From IMG/VR virus record IMGVR_UViG_3300020379_000594: DNA of 20,000 bases. One strand, written 5' to 3'. Each line of letters begins with the position of its first letter. The first letter of the stretch is position 1. Positions 8,549-16,317 of the stretch are shown one piece after another. Below the pieces are notes generated by a model, which was given only the letters and a program-made list of their open reading frames with translations, was not told the DNA's origin and did no database searches. This DNA comes from an uncultured virus (IMG/VR IMGVR_UViG_3300020379_000594). Its lineage: Duplodnaviria > Heunggongvirae > Uroviricota > Caudoviricetes. The translations under genes and the position numbers were made by a program.

Positions 8549-9916
8549 GTGAAATCCTTCGGTCAATTTTTAACAGAAGCTGTAAAGACTGCTGCATCCA
8601 CTGAGGCTAAACTCAAGGGATTAAAGGGCGACGGTCATGGAGGATGGTATGATGCCAAAGGAAATTTTGTAGCAAAGACAGTAAACGGTAAACTTAAATA
8701 CACAGGAGGAGGAGGTGCGGCCGATACCGAGGATCCAAAATCTACTAAGGTGGCCACACCAGAAAAACCCACTGCTCAGAAGAAAGCACCTGCTGCAGTT
8801 GCACCCGCTCCAAAACCAAAACCAAAGGAGGATCCTTCTGCTACCGCAACTAAATCACCTGAGCCTGGTGAATCTGATCAACAGACAGCAGAGGTAATGG
8901 GAGCACCTACTAGTGAAGGTGCAGTAGTTGTATTTGGTAGATTCAACCCACCAACCGTAGGTCATCAAAAATTATTAGACAAAGCAGCTGCAGAAGCTGG
9001 TAGATTAGGATATGACTTGAAGGTATATCCAAGTCGTAGTGTAGATTCTAAGAAGAATCCTCTACAGCCTGGTGCGAAGATAGAATATATGAGGAAGATG
9101 TTCCCAGATTATGAAGAGGATATCAAAGATGATCCTAATGCAAGAACTATATTTGATGTTCTTACAGGTGCCTTCAATCTAGGATACAAAGCAATAACAA
9201 TAGTTGTAGGACAGGATAGACTATCTGAATTCCAGAGTCTTGCACAAAAATATAATGGTGATTTGTACGAATTTGAGGATCTTCAAGTCATATCTGCTGG
9301 TGCAAGAGACCCAGACTCCGAAGGTATTGAGGGTATGTCTGCATCTAAGATGAGAGATGCAGTAGCAAAGGATGACTTCAAAGGGTTTGCAAAGGGTATC
9401 CCTAACTTAGGTAATATGGAGAAGAAGAATCTCTTCAACCTTATCCAAAAATCTATGGGAGCCACTGATGATCAACTTAGAGGATCATTATCCTCTGAGA
9501 CATGGCAGTATGCACCTAAACTAGATCCTTTTGGACTAAGAGTTGCATATCTAAAAGAACAATGTTTCAAAGTAGGATCATTAGTAGAGAATGTAAACAC
9601 TGGAGTCAGGGGTAGAATTACTAGGAGAGGTGCGAATCATGTTATCGTACAAACTCCAGAGTCTACTATGTACAAAGCATGGTTGAAAGATTTGACAGAG
9701 GCATATGATGTAGGCACGGATGAGTATAGACAATACATGCAGAGAATGACACCAGGCCAAGGTGATAAAAAGTGGAATGATGATCCAATTATAAAACCAA
9801 TCACCACTGGGTCTTACTATGATGGTAAGAAGGTTAAGAATCCTAATGACCCTGCTAGTGGACCTGGCACAAAGTATAATGATACATCTATACCTTATAA
9901 GGTTGGAAAGGGATAA
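8549..9916 (+). CDS. Multidomain phage cytidyltransferase/NMNAT-like nucleotidyltransferase
   Basis: 'FGRFNPPTVGH' (T/HxGH), 'IVVGQDR', 'SAGARDPD' and 'MSASKMR'. It has a Pro/Lys/Ala linker and an SH3-like C-terminal module. GTG at 8549 gives MKSFGQFLTE; TTG at 8540 is the alternative start. Confidence 0.8.
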   Translation: MKSFGQFLTEAVKTAASTEAKLKGLKGDGHGGWYDAKGNFVAKTVNGKLKYTGGGGAADTEDPKSTKVATPEKPTAQKKAPAAVAPAPKPKPKEDPSATATKSPEPGESDQQTAEVMGAPTSEGAVVVFGRFNPPTVGHQKLLDKAAAEAGRLGYDLKVYPSRSVDSKKNPLQPGAKIEYMRKMFPDYEEDIKDDPNARTIFDVLTGAFNLGYKAITIVVGQDRLSEFQSLAQKYNGDLYEFEDLQVISAGARDPDSEGIEGMSASKMRDAVAKDDFKGFAKGIPNLGNMEKKNLFNLIQKSMGATDDQLRGSLSSETWQYAPKLDPFGLRVAYLKEQCFKVGSLVENVNTGVRGRITRRGANHVIVQTPESTMYKAWLKDLTEAYDVGTDEYRQYMQRMTPGQGDKKWNDDPIIKPITTGSYYDGKKVKNPNDPASGPGTKYNDTSIPYKVGKG

Positions 9917-9919
9917 ATA
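9914..9919 (+). promoter_or_regulatory. T4-like late promoter (GATAAATA)
   Basis: Overlaps the stop of the upstream gene, 35 nt before ATG 9955. Confidence 0.65.
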
Positions 9920-9954
9920 AGGATAGACAAGGACTATCTAATTAATTTACCACC

Positions 9955-10791
9955 ATGACTGACGACTCAAAACTGGTTGACGCTTATAAGTCAATGTATG
10001 AACATCATCAAAAAGATGCTGATGGTAAAGTCATCGAGCATGATGATAAAGAACAAATAGATGAGCTCGCACCTCTAGCTGTTGCCCCCTTGCTCGCTAA
10101 GGGAATGGCTGTTGCTAGTAAGGTAGGAAAGGTTGCCAGTACTGTAGGGAAGGTTGCTAATGTTGCTAGTACAGTCGGTAATGTCGCTGATAAGATCAGA
10201 GGGAAAGGTCAATTAAACAACGCTGAATCTGTTGAATTGCATGATGCAGATGGTAATTTAACTCATGAGATTACTGATGTTGTTACTCCAGAACCACTAG
10301 GTAATCCAGATGAGAAACTGGTAGATAGACTCTGGGATCAGGTTGCAGCAAACCTTACTACTCTTGGAGAGATGTCTGGTACTAGGTATAAAGTATCTCC
10401 TTTAGAGGAAGGAAAGAAAAAGAAAAAGAAATTAGATCCAGTCGGAAAAGAAGATGATGATGTCGATAATGATGGTGATGTAGATGATTCTGATTCATAC
10501 CTTAAGAATCGTCGTAAGGCAATCGGAAAGGCGATGAAGAAAGAAGAGGTAGAAGTTGAGATTGAAGAGGGTAAAGCAAAGGATTGTTGGGACACCCATA
10601 AGAAGGTGGGTATGAAAATGAAAGGTGGTAAACTGGTAAATGATTGCCGTCCCAAGAACGAGAGTTTCAATGTCAAGAGTCCAGTTGTATTCTCAAAACC
10701 AGAGGAAGAAGTAGAAGAAACTATCTCAGAAGAGGTAATCGAAAAACACGCAAGTTCCATTTTTAAGGCACACAAATCCATCCAAAAGTAG
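9955..10791 (+). CDS. Modular hypothetical protein, probable internal head or core-type protein
   Basis: Short modules separated by Glu-rich spacers, including 'LDPVGKEDDDVDNDGDVDDSDSYLKNRRKAI' and 'CWDTHKKVGMKMKGGKLVNDCRP'. I recall similar motifs in T4-like cyanophage proteins but have not verified this. Confidence 0.7.
   Translation: MTDDSKLVDAYKSMYEHHQKDADGKVIEHDDKEQIDELAPLAVAPLLAKGMAVASKVGKVASTVGKVANVASTVGNVADKIRGKGQLNNAESVELHDADGNLTHEITDVVTPEPLGNPDEKLVDRLWDQVAANLTTLGEMSGTRYKVSPLEEGKKKKKKLDPVGKEDDDVDNDGDVDDSDSYLKNRRKAIGKAMKKEEVEVEIEEGKAKDCWDTHKKVGMKMKGGKLVNDCRPKNESFNVKSPVVFSKPEEEVEETISEEVIEKHASSIFKAHKSIQK
10111..10188 (+). repeat. Degenerate in-frame repeat encoding VASKVGK-VASTVGK-VAN-VASTVGN-VA
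   Basis: gttgctagt/gttgccagt units recur at about 21-nt spacing inside the 9955 ORF. Confidence 0.7.
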
Positions 10792-10798
10792 GATACAC

Positions 10799-12550
10799 AT
10801 GAAAAGCTTTGAACAATTTGAATATGAACAGTCTCCAATAACTGAGATTGTTGGGGTGGATGTCTCAAAACGTTTTGCCCAAAAGAATAAAACTCAAGTT
10901 ACTACTAATTCCACCACTCAAGGAGCTAGATCTCCTGTACCTCCAAGGAACATGGAGGGTGGTGCCACCCCATCGAAGGCTCCTAGTATTCCTCAGAGGC
11001 CTCAGAGGCCTGGATATAGAAGATCTGATGGATCAAAGAAGCCTGGAATACAGGCAACTTTGGATAGGAATAAGGCAAAAGCCGCTGCCGCTGCAGGATC
11101 TAAGTCAGGACAAAGAAAACTTTCCGCAGCAGGCGGAACTGTAGCAGGATTTGCAAAATTCAGACCAGATACAGAGGATGCAACCACTGGAACTGGACTT
11201 GGAACTAACATGAGAGCTCTTGCTCGTAGAGGTAGAGCTACCGTGGCTGGTGGTATTGATGCTTACAAAAGGAAAAAGAAAGAACAAGAACAACAAGATT
11301 TACCAAAGAGAAGTAAAGTTACAGGATCAGGACAACAAACTGGTAAAACTGGTTCAACTGGAGTAAGTAGTTTACTAGGTAAAGCTGTCAAATCAATAGG
11401 AAAGAAAGCACTTGGAGTTAAGGATGACAAAGTAAAAACTACAGGCGGTAGGACTATCACAGGTGATGCTGTTAAGAAACCAGAGGTTAAGCAAGAAAAA
11501 AGATATAGAGAAGGTCAGAAAAGGAGACAAGATGCAAGAAAGACGGCAGAGGATAAGTATAGACAGTATAAAGAAAAACCAAGGAAACAAACCAGTAATG
11601 TAACATCCAAGTCACCACAACAGAGTATAGACTCTACGGCGCTGAAGAAGTTCAATACATCGCCTGATAATAAAATAGTCAAGAAACAAGAGAAGGTAGC
11701 ATCAAAAGACGATGCTGCTAGGAAACAGGTAGAGAAAGACTCTGGAGAATCTATTAAGGGTGGTAGTATTGTAAGATCTCCAGGCGGAAAAGTAGCAACA
11801 ACAGGATCAGCATCGGATGAAGCGAAGAAAAACTTCGATAAACTATTTCCAAAGAAGAATAAAAAACTTACTGGTTCTAAACCCGATCAACCTAAACTTA
11901 CATCCACTGATAAGAAAGGTGGAGAGACCGATTCTCCTATAGTGAAGGGAGCTATCTCAGCGGCCGAAAAAGAAAGTAAGAGAAGGAAGAAGGCTGATGC
12001 AGGCGCAGATAGATTGATGTCTGCAATGAGGAAACAAGGAAAGAAAGATGATGCGACTCCACAAAGTAAGGCAATCACTGTCAAGGCCACAACAGTACCC
12101 AAGAAAAAAGAAGAGAAACCAAAAGAACAGAAACTTAAGAGACCTAACGTAAGAAGTTACAAAGGTGATGAAGCGGGATATAGGAAAGCACAAGCTGCAT
12201 ATAATGCCCAAAAACCTGAGAACAAAACTAAGAAAACCACACAAGGAAGACCTAAAAAAACAGAAGTCAAGGAGGCAACTAACTTCATCAAAGCAGAACA
12301 GGAAGCAAAGAGAATGGGTAGGAGAAAAATGAGAACCTATAAACAGATGAAGGAGGATGAAGCGAGAGAAAGAGCAATCAACAAACTTAAGCAAAAGAAT
12401 GAGTCATACTCTGATTGGCGTGAAGAATTTCTATGGGAGATAGATAAGAAGTATCCAGATAAGGTAAAAGAAATCAAACCTATGAGTGGTAAAAATACAA
12501 TCATCATCAACCCAGAAGATGAATCCGCTAAATATAAGAGAGGTTACTAA
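10799..12550 (+). CDS. Lys-rich, low-complexity 583-aa hypothetical protein (probable virion-internal or DNA-associated protein)
   Basis: Very basic, with almost no hydrophobic core. N-terminus MKSFEQFEYE; C-terminal 'ESYSDWREEF...KNTIIINP'. Confidence 0.7.
   Translation: MKSFEQFEYEQSPITEIVGVDVSKRFAQKNKTQVTTNSTTQGARSPVPPRNMEGGATPSKAPSIPQRPQRPGYRRSDGSKKPGIQATLDRNKAKAAAAAGSKSGQRKLSAAGGTVAGFAKFRPDTEDATTGTGLGTNMRALARRGRATVAGGIDAYKRKKKEQEQQDLPKRSKVTGSGQQTGKTGSTGVSSLLGKAVKSIGKKALGVKDDKVKTTGGRTITGDAVKKPEVKQEKRYREGQKRRQDARKTAEDKYRQYKEKPRKQTSNVTSKSPQQSIDSTALKKFNTSPDNKIVKKQEKVASKDDAARKQVEKDSGESIKGGSIVRSPGGKVATTGSASDEAKKNFDKLFPKKNKKLTGSKPDQPKLTSTDKKGGETDSPIVKGAISAAEKESKRRKKADAGADRLMSAMRKQGKKDDATPQSKAITVKATTVPKKKEEKPKEQKLKRPNVRSYKGDEAGYRKAQAAYNAQKPENKTKKTTQGRPKKTEVKEATNFIKAEQEAKRMGRRKMRTYKQMKEDEARERAINKLKQKNESYSDWREEFLWEIDKKYPDKVKEIKPMSGKNTIIINPEDESAKYKRGY
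12529..12534 (+). promoter_or_regulatory. T4-like late promoter core TAAATA within the end of the upstream CDS
   Basis: CTAAATA ends 22 nt upstream of ATG 12557. Confidence 0.45.
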
Positions 12551-12556
12551 AGAACC

Positions 12557-12817
12557 ATGTTAATTAAACCAATGGCACCACAGACCACCTTAGCGTCTGC
12601 AACTAATGTGAGTTTAGCAAAGGCGGTTCACATTGTGAACACTAATGGTGCTGCAGTTGTAATCATAAGATCTGATGCCAATGACGTTGGTATTGGTAGT
12701 TTCACTTTGCCTTCTAATCAGTCTGCACAGGTAGATAAAGATGGTACAGATAAACTTAGTGCATCCGCAAATGGTGGTGATGTAAAGGTAACAAAGATCG
12801 CTTTCAACGTATCCTGA
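12557..12817 (+). CDS. Small beta-rich hypothetical protein, likely virion-associated
   Basis: 86-aa ORF rich in Ala/Ser/Val/Asn, preceded by a late-promoter-like motif. Confidence 0.7.
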   Translation: MLIKPMAPQTTLASATNVSLAKAVHIVNTNGAAVVIIRSDANDVGIGSFTLPSNQSAQVDKDGTDKLSASANGGDVKVTKIAFNVS

Positions 12818-12831
12818 TATAGTCAGTGAGT

Positions 12832-12875
12832 CCACACATAACTAGTGGTTTATACTTAGTGTGGTATAATAAATA
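12832..12875 (+). promoter_or_regulatory. Extended -10 sigma70-type promoter (TGgTATAAT) with an overlapping late TAAATA and an upstream CCACAC...GTGTGG inverted repeat
   Basis: CCACAC at 12832-12837, GTGTGG at 12859-12864, TATAAT at 12865-12870 and TAAATA at 12870-12875. Confidence 0.6.
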
Positions 12876-12899
12876 GTGATGAATGGAGTTGAAACTATC

Positions 12900-13061
12900 A
12901 TGTCCCATTACACACTAGGTTGGCACGACCAAAAGAACGAACACCATGAAATTGGTGAATATGCTTCAGACGCATTTGAAGCAGCAAGAAACGCAAGAGA
13001 GGATGTTCCCTATCTACAGGAACATCCTTTTTCTTTGGATTTTATTAAGGAGGTAAAATGA
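12900..13061 (+). CDS. 53-aa His/acidic hypothetical protein, first gene of the PTOX cassette
   Basis: MSHYTLGWHDQKNEHHEIGEYASDAFEAARNAREDVPYLQEHPFSLDFIKEVK, with GGAG upstream of ATG 12900. Confidence 0.75.
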   Translation: MSHYTLGWHDQKNEHHEIGEYASDAFEAARNAREDVPYLQEHPFSLDFIKEVK

Positions 13062-13150
13062 AAAGTTTACCGATAGCATCCACTATAATCATATTAGGAA
13101 CAATTACAGTAGCTATTATTTACTTACCACAAATTGCCTACGCATTATGA
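13058..13150 (+). CDS. 30-aa hydrophobic peptide (MKSLPIASTIIILGTITVAIIYLPQIAYAL)
   Basis: Translated by hand. Strong SD (AAGGAGGT) and ATGA overlaps at both ends. Confidence 0.75.
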   Translation: MKSLPIASTIIILGTITVAIIYLPQIAYAL

Positions 13151-13650
13151 AACAATTTAATACAATCGTATTAAGTGTAACCATATCAATCCTTGACTTC
13201 CTTTACCGCAACAGACCTTTTCAAAGATTCTGGGTGTTGGAAGTCATAGCAAGAGCACCCTATTTTGCATTTATCAGTGTGTTACATTTTCGTGAATCCC
13301 TTGGACTCAGGGGTGATGATCATATATACTTGATGAAAGAACACTTCTATCAGGCACTCAATGAAACAGAGCATTTGGAAGAGATGGAACGTAGGGAGGG
13401 AAATAAACATTGGATCGACCGTTTCTTTGCCAAGCATCTTGTTTTGGTTTATTATTGGATCATGGTTGGGTATTATCTCATTGATCCTGTGGACGCTTAC
13501 GACATCAACATGAAGATTGAGAAGCACGCATTTGAAACTTACACAAAATACTTAAGTGTACACCCAGAAGATAAAAAGATACAAGAGATCGCACAAGATG
13601 AATTGGAACATGCAAGAGAATTAAAGGAGGCAATGAATCTAATAGGATAA
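13147..13650 (+). CDS. ptoX: Plastoquinol terminal oxidase (alternative oxidase family, di-iron)
   Basis: 'RFWVLEVIARAPYFAF', 'NETEHL' (ExxH), 'IEKHAFETY' and 'IAQDELEH' (ExxH). Short picocyanobacterial/cyanophage form. Confidence 0.95.
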   Translation: MKQFNTIVLSVTISILDFLYRNRPFQRFWVLEVIARAPYFAFISVLHFRESLGLRGDDHIYLMKEHFYQALNETEHLEEMERREGNKHWIDRFFAKHLVLVYYWIMVGYYLIDPVDAYDINMKIEKHAFETYTKYLSVHPEDKKIQEIAQDELEHARELKEAMNLIG

Positions 13651-13703
13651 TAAAAGAAATATAAAGTTGATAGATAGTATATAATTATCATTATTATTAG
13701 TAA

Positions 13704-14003
13704 ATGTTATCAACTCAATATCGTCTCCGTTTGGAAGCAATATGCAAAGACATTGCATCAGGAACAGAAGTCAGCATAGATGATATGATATGGGCTCAGA
13801 AATTAGCAAAAGCAAACACCTCAGCAAGAGGGATGTTACAACAGGCTAGAAGAATGACACAGAATCCAAATGATTCTTTTCTGAATAACTTGAATATAGG
13901 AGACCCCGATTCAAGTAACCACCGTAGGGGTTTCGGTTCACCAGACGAGATCGTAGACTGGTTCCATCAAGAGAGATCAGATGACTGGCGACAAAGAGAT
14001 TGA
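13704..14003 (+). CDS. Cyanophage hypothetical protein
   Basis: 99-aa ORF with an ATG start after an AT-rich intergenic region; ends 'DDWRQRD'. Confidence 0.75.
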   Translation: MLSTQYRLRLEAICKDIASGTEVSIDDMIWAQKLAKANTSARGMLQQARRMTQNPNDSFLNNLNIGDPDSSNHRRGFGSPDEIVDWFHQERSDDWRQRD

Positions 14004-14259
14004 TCCTAAGTTTTATCGTTCCCCTCAAGGGGTTGTTTATGAAAGAAATCCAGAACCAAGATACCCAAGAGTTATTGCAGTCTTCACACCCAGTTCACAC
14101 GACACTAGCTGGTTATATTGCAGAGAAGATGGCACATATTACTGGGAACATGCGAGAAAGAACGAAGGTATTAAAAAAGAGGATGTAGATGGATTACAGT
14201 TAGATCTATTTGGTCATCCTATACTAACTAAAGAGTTCATATTGAGATCAATACTATGA
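13981..14259 (+). CDS. Hypothetical protein
   Basis: 92-aa ORF overlapping the previous stop and ATGA-coupled to the next ORF. Confidence 0.65.
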   Translation: MTGDKEIDPKFYRSPQGVVYERNPEPRYPRVIAVFTPSSHDTSWLYCREDGTYYWEHARKNEGIKKEDVDGLQLDLFGHPILTKEFILRSIL

Positions 14260-14414
14260 TAGTCTGGAGTATTATATGGATGATTGTTATACTGCTGGTT
14301 GCAGTTTCTATTTTAATCTACTATATTATAAGATATGACCATTTTGTTCCGAATGATTTTGCTCACTCTCATGACAGCCATGCCAGTCATGGCGGGTCCG
14401 ATAGTGGAGAATGA
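14256..14414 (+). CDS. 52-aa membrane protein with a His-rich tail
   Basis: Translated by hand: MIVWSIIWMIVILLVAVSILIYYIIRYDHFVPNDFAHSHDSHASHGGSDSGE. ATGA-coupled start. Confidence 0.6.
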   Translation: MIVWSIIWMIVILLVAVSILIYYIIRYDHFVPNDFAHSHDSHASHGGSDSGE

Positions 14415-14586
14415 TCTATACGATCAACTTTATGAAGCGTTTGAAGACGCAAGAAATGAAAGGCGGAAACGATGGAGAACTTCCCCAGAAGACTCCATAA
14501 ATAAAGCACTGATGGAGTTTTACTATGGGAGCAATGACCCCACCGTCACGGAAGAGTTGTTACAACTTCCGAGTGACGAAAATTAA
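14353..14586 (+). CDS. Hypothetical protein with a signal-peptide-like N-terminus
   Basis: MILLTLMTAMPVMA-GPIVE...; the start is uncertain (14335 or 14353). It overlaps both neighbours. Confidence 0.55.
   Translation: MILLTLMTAMPVMAGPIVENDLYDQLYEAFEDARNERRKRWRTSPEDSINKALMEFYYGSNDPTVTEELLQLPSDEN
14498..14503 (+). promoter_or_regulatory. T4-like late promoter (CATAAATA)
   Basis: 21 nt upstream of the nuclease ATG at 14525, followed by a GGAG SD. Confidence 0.55.
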
Positions 14587-14986
14587 TAGAGTAGTTGATG
14601 GAGATACTATTGACGTTACTATTGACCTTGGATTTGATCTGACAAAGAAAGAAAGAGTTAGGGTCGCTGGTGTTGACACACCTGAGAAAAGAACTAGAGA
14701 CAAAGAGGAGAAAGCTCTTGGAATTGATGCGACGAATTGGCTCAAAGAGAAACTCCAGACGGCTGTGGCTGGTGATGATGATCTCATTATCCGTACTGAA
14801 CTTGTCGGTGGCGTTGGCAAGTACGGCCGTCTTCTTGGCTGGTTATACATTGGGGACGAACGTGTCTCAATCAATGAAGAAATGATCGGTGAAGGGTACG
14901 CCTGGCCATATGATGGCGGCAAAAAACAAAAAGATTTTGAGGAACTAAGAGTTCTTCGTAGATCTCGTGGAACATTAGTGGAGTAA
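14525..14986 (+). CDS. Thermonuclease (SNase-like) endonuclease
   Basis: 'RVVDGDTIDV', 'RVRVAGVDTPE', 'GKYGRLLG' and 'INEEMIGEGYA'. Confidence 0.92.
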   Translation: MGAMTPPSRKSCYNFRVTKINRVVDGDTIDVTIDLGFDLTKKERVRVAGVDTPEKRTRDKEEKALGIDATNWLKEKLQTAVAGDDDLIIRTELVGGVGKYGRLLGWLYIGDERVSINEEMIGEGYAWPYDGGKKQKDFEELRVLRRSRGTLVE

Positions 14987-14989
14987 ATT

Positions 14990-15184
14990 ATGTTATTTTC
15001 AGTATTAAATGTAGTAGAAGCATGGAATGAAATCTCTTGGGCAGATGCAATTCCTTTTACACTTGTTCTTATAGGTCTTTACTGGGTAAAGGTAAAGATA
15101 GATACCTCACTTGGATCTATTAATAAGAAGCAATCAAAACAATTAAAGAGAATTATCAAAGAGGCAATAGAAGAAACTAAATGA
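14990..15184 (+). CDS. Small membrane protein
   Basis: 64 aa with one hydrophobic segment (AIPFTLVLIGLYWV) and a basic tail; ATGA-coupled to the next gene. Confidence 0.7.
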   Translation: MLFSVLNVVEAWNEISWADAIPFTLVLIGLYWVKVKIDTSLGSINKKQSKQLKRIIKEAIEETK

Positions 15185-16281
15185 AAGTAGCCATAGTCGG
15201 TGCTGGCACAGCGGGACTATATTGTGCAGTATCTCTTTTAAAATCACTACCCAAGTTTGCTAAGGTGGATTTAATATACAGCAATGTTATAAGTCCTATT
15301 GACATTGGTGAATCTACTTTACCAATCTTTCCTCGTTCCTTGGGGGTTGGTGTTGATTATGTACATCATCTTGATTCTCAAGAACTGGATTCTACTACTA
15401 AGTATGGTATTCAGTTTAAGAATTGGAATGGTAATAAGTTCTTGCCATTTGTTTCTGGAGAGTATGGTATTCAGTTCGATACTACTAAGTTTCCTGAGTT
15501 TGTATTACCCAGACTCAGTAAAATGTATCCAAACTTCTCTGAGAAGGTCAGAACTATAAAAGAAATGAAGTCTTTGGGTAGAAAGGTATCTTTGGATGGC
15601 GAAGAATATGACTTTGTAGTGGATTGTAGAGGATATCCAGAGGATTATTCTGATTATATTATTAGTGATAACGTTTACTTAGACTCAGCGATTGCGGTGA
15701 GGTCATACACACCAGGCGACTGGGAATATACCTATCATATTGCCCATAAACATGGGTGGATGTTTGGTTTACCACTACAAAATAGAACTGGTTGGGGATA
15801 CTTATACAATTCTAAAATAACATCTCAGTTAGAAGCTCAGGATGATGTATCAAGGATACTAAATGAGTATCAGATTGAGTTCCATAGTAGAGATTGCAGA
15901 GAGTTCTCCTTTAAGAACTACTATGCTAAGAGTATAGTCAATGAAGATGGTAATATATTTGTCAATGGCAATAGAGCCTTGTTCTTAGAACCAATACAGG
16001 CCACATCATTGGGATGTTACGGTCTTATCAATGAGATGATTGTAGATTTTATATTGGACAACAAAGAACCCGATCAATATACCTGTATCATGGAAGAGGT
16101 TATCAGATTTATCAATTTGCATTACTACAAGGGTTCTGATTTTGATTCTCCTTTCTGGAATACTGCCTCGGAAGGATCAAAGAAACTATTTGGTGATACA
16201 GATCCTCGTGACTATCCTTGGCAGTTTGTTCTTGATTGGAATCCACAGTTTACACAGAAGATGTTTGATCATTTTCTCTAA
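15181..16281 (+). CDS. Tryptophan-halogenase-like flavin-dependent enzyme
   Basis: 'VAIVGAGTAG', 'IGESTLP', 'TKYGIQFKNW', 'FVVDCRG', 'GWMFGLPLQNRTGWGYLY', 'FLEPIQATS' and 'LHY...DSPFW'. Confidence 0.88.
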   Translation: MKVAIVGAGTAGLYCAVSLLKSLPKFAKVDLIYSNVISPIDIGESTLPIFPRSLGVGVDYVHHLDSQELDSTTKYGIQFKNWNGNKFLPFVSGEYGIQFDTTKFPEFVLPRLSKMYPNFSEKVRTIKEMKSLGRKVSLDGEEYDFVVDCRGYPEDYSDYIISDNVYLDSAIAVRSYTPGDWEYTYHIAHKHGWMFGLPLQNRTGWGYLYNSKITSQLEAQDDVSRILNEYQIEFHSRDCREFSFKNYYAKSIVNEDGNIFVNGNRALFLEPIQATSLGCYGLINEMIVDFILDNKEPDQYTCIMEEVIRFINLHYYKGSDFDSPFWNTASEGSKKLFGDTDPRDYPWQFVLDWNPQFTQKMFDHFL

Positions 16282-16317
16282 ACTGGTCTTATATATAGTG
16301 TAACTTGCTATAAGATT

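Noticed and set aside
10453..10500. DDDVDNDGDVDDSD as a canonical EF-hand domain
   Set aside because: A single DxDxDG loop with no preceding helix or partner hand. Calcium binding is possible but the domain call is unsupported.
10338..10868. 176-aa minus-strand Ser/Phe-rich ORF
   Set aside because: Mirror of the Glu/Lys codons of the + strand gene.
13677..13695. Fur-box-like GTATATAATTATCATTATT downstream of ptox
   Set aside because: Only about 13/19 match, in a very AT-rich spacer; not distinguishable from chance.
14000..14188. 62-aa alternative-frame + strand ORF
   Set aside because: Nested within 13981-14259, which has an ATG start and couples to the next gene.
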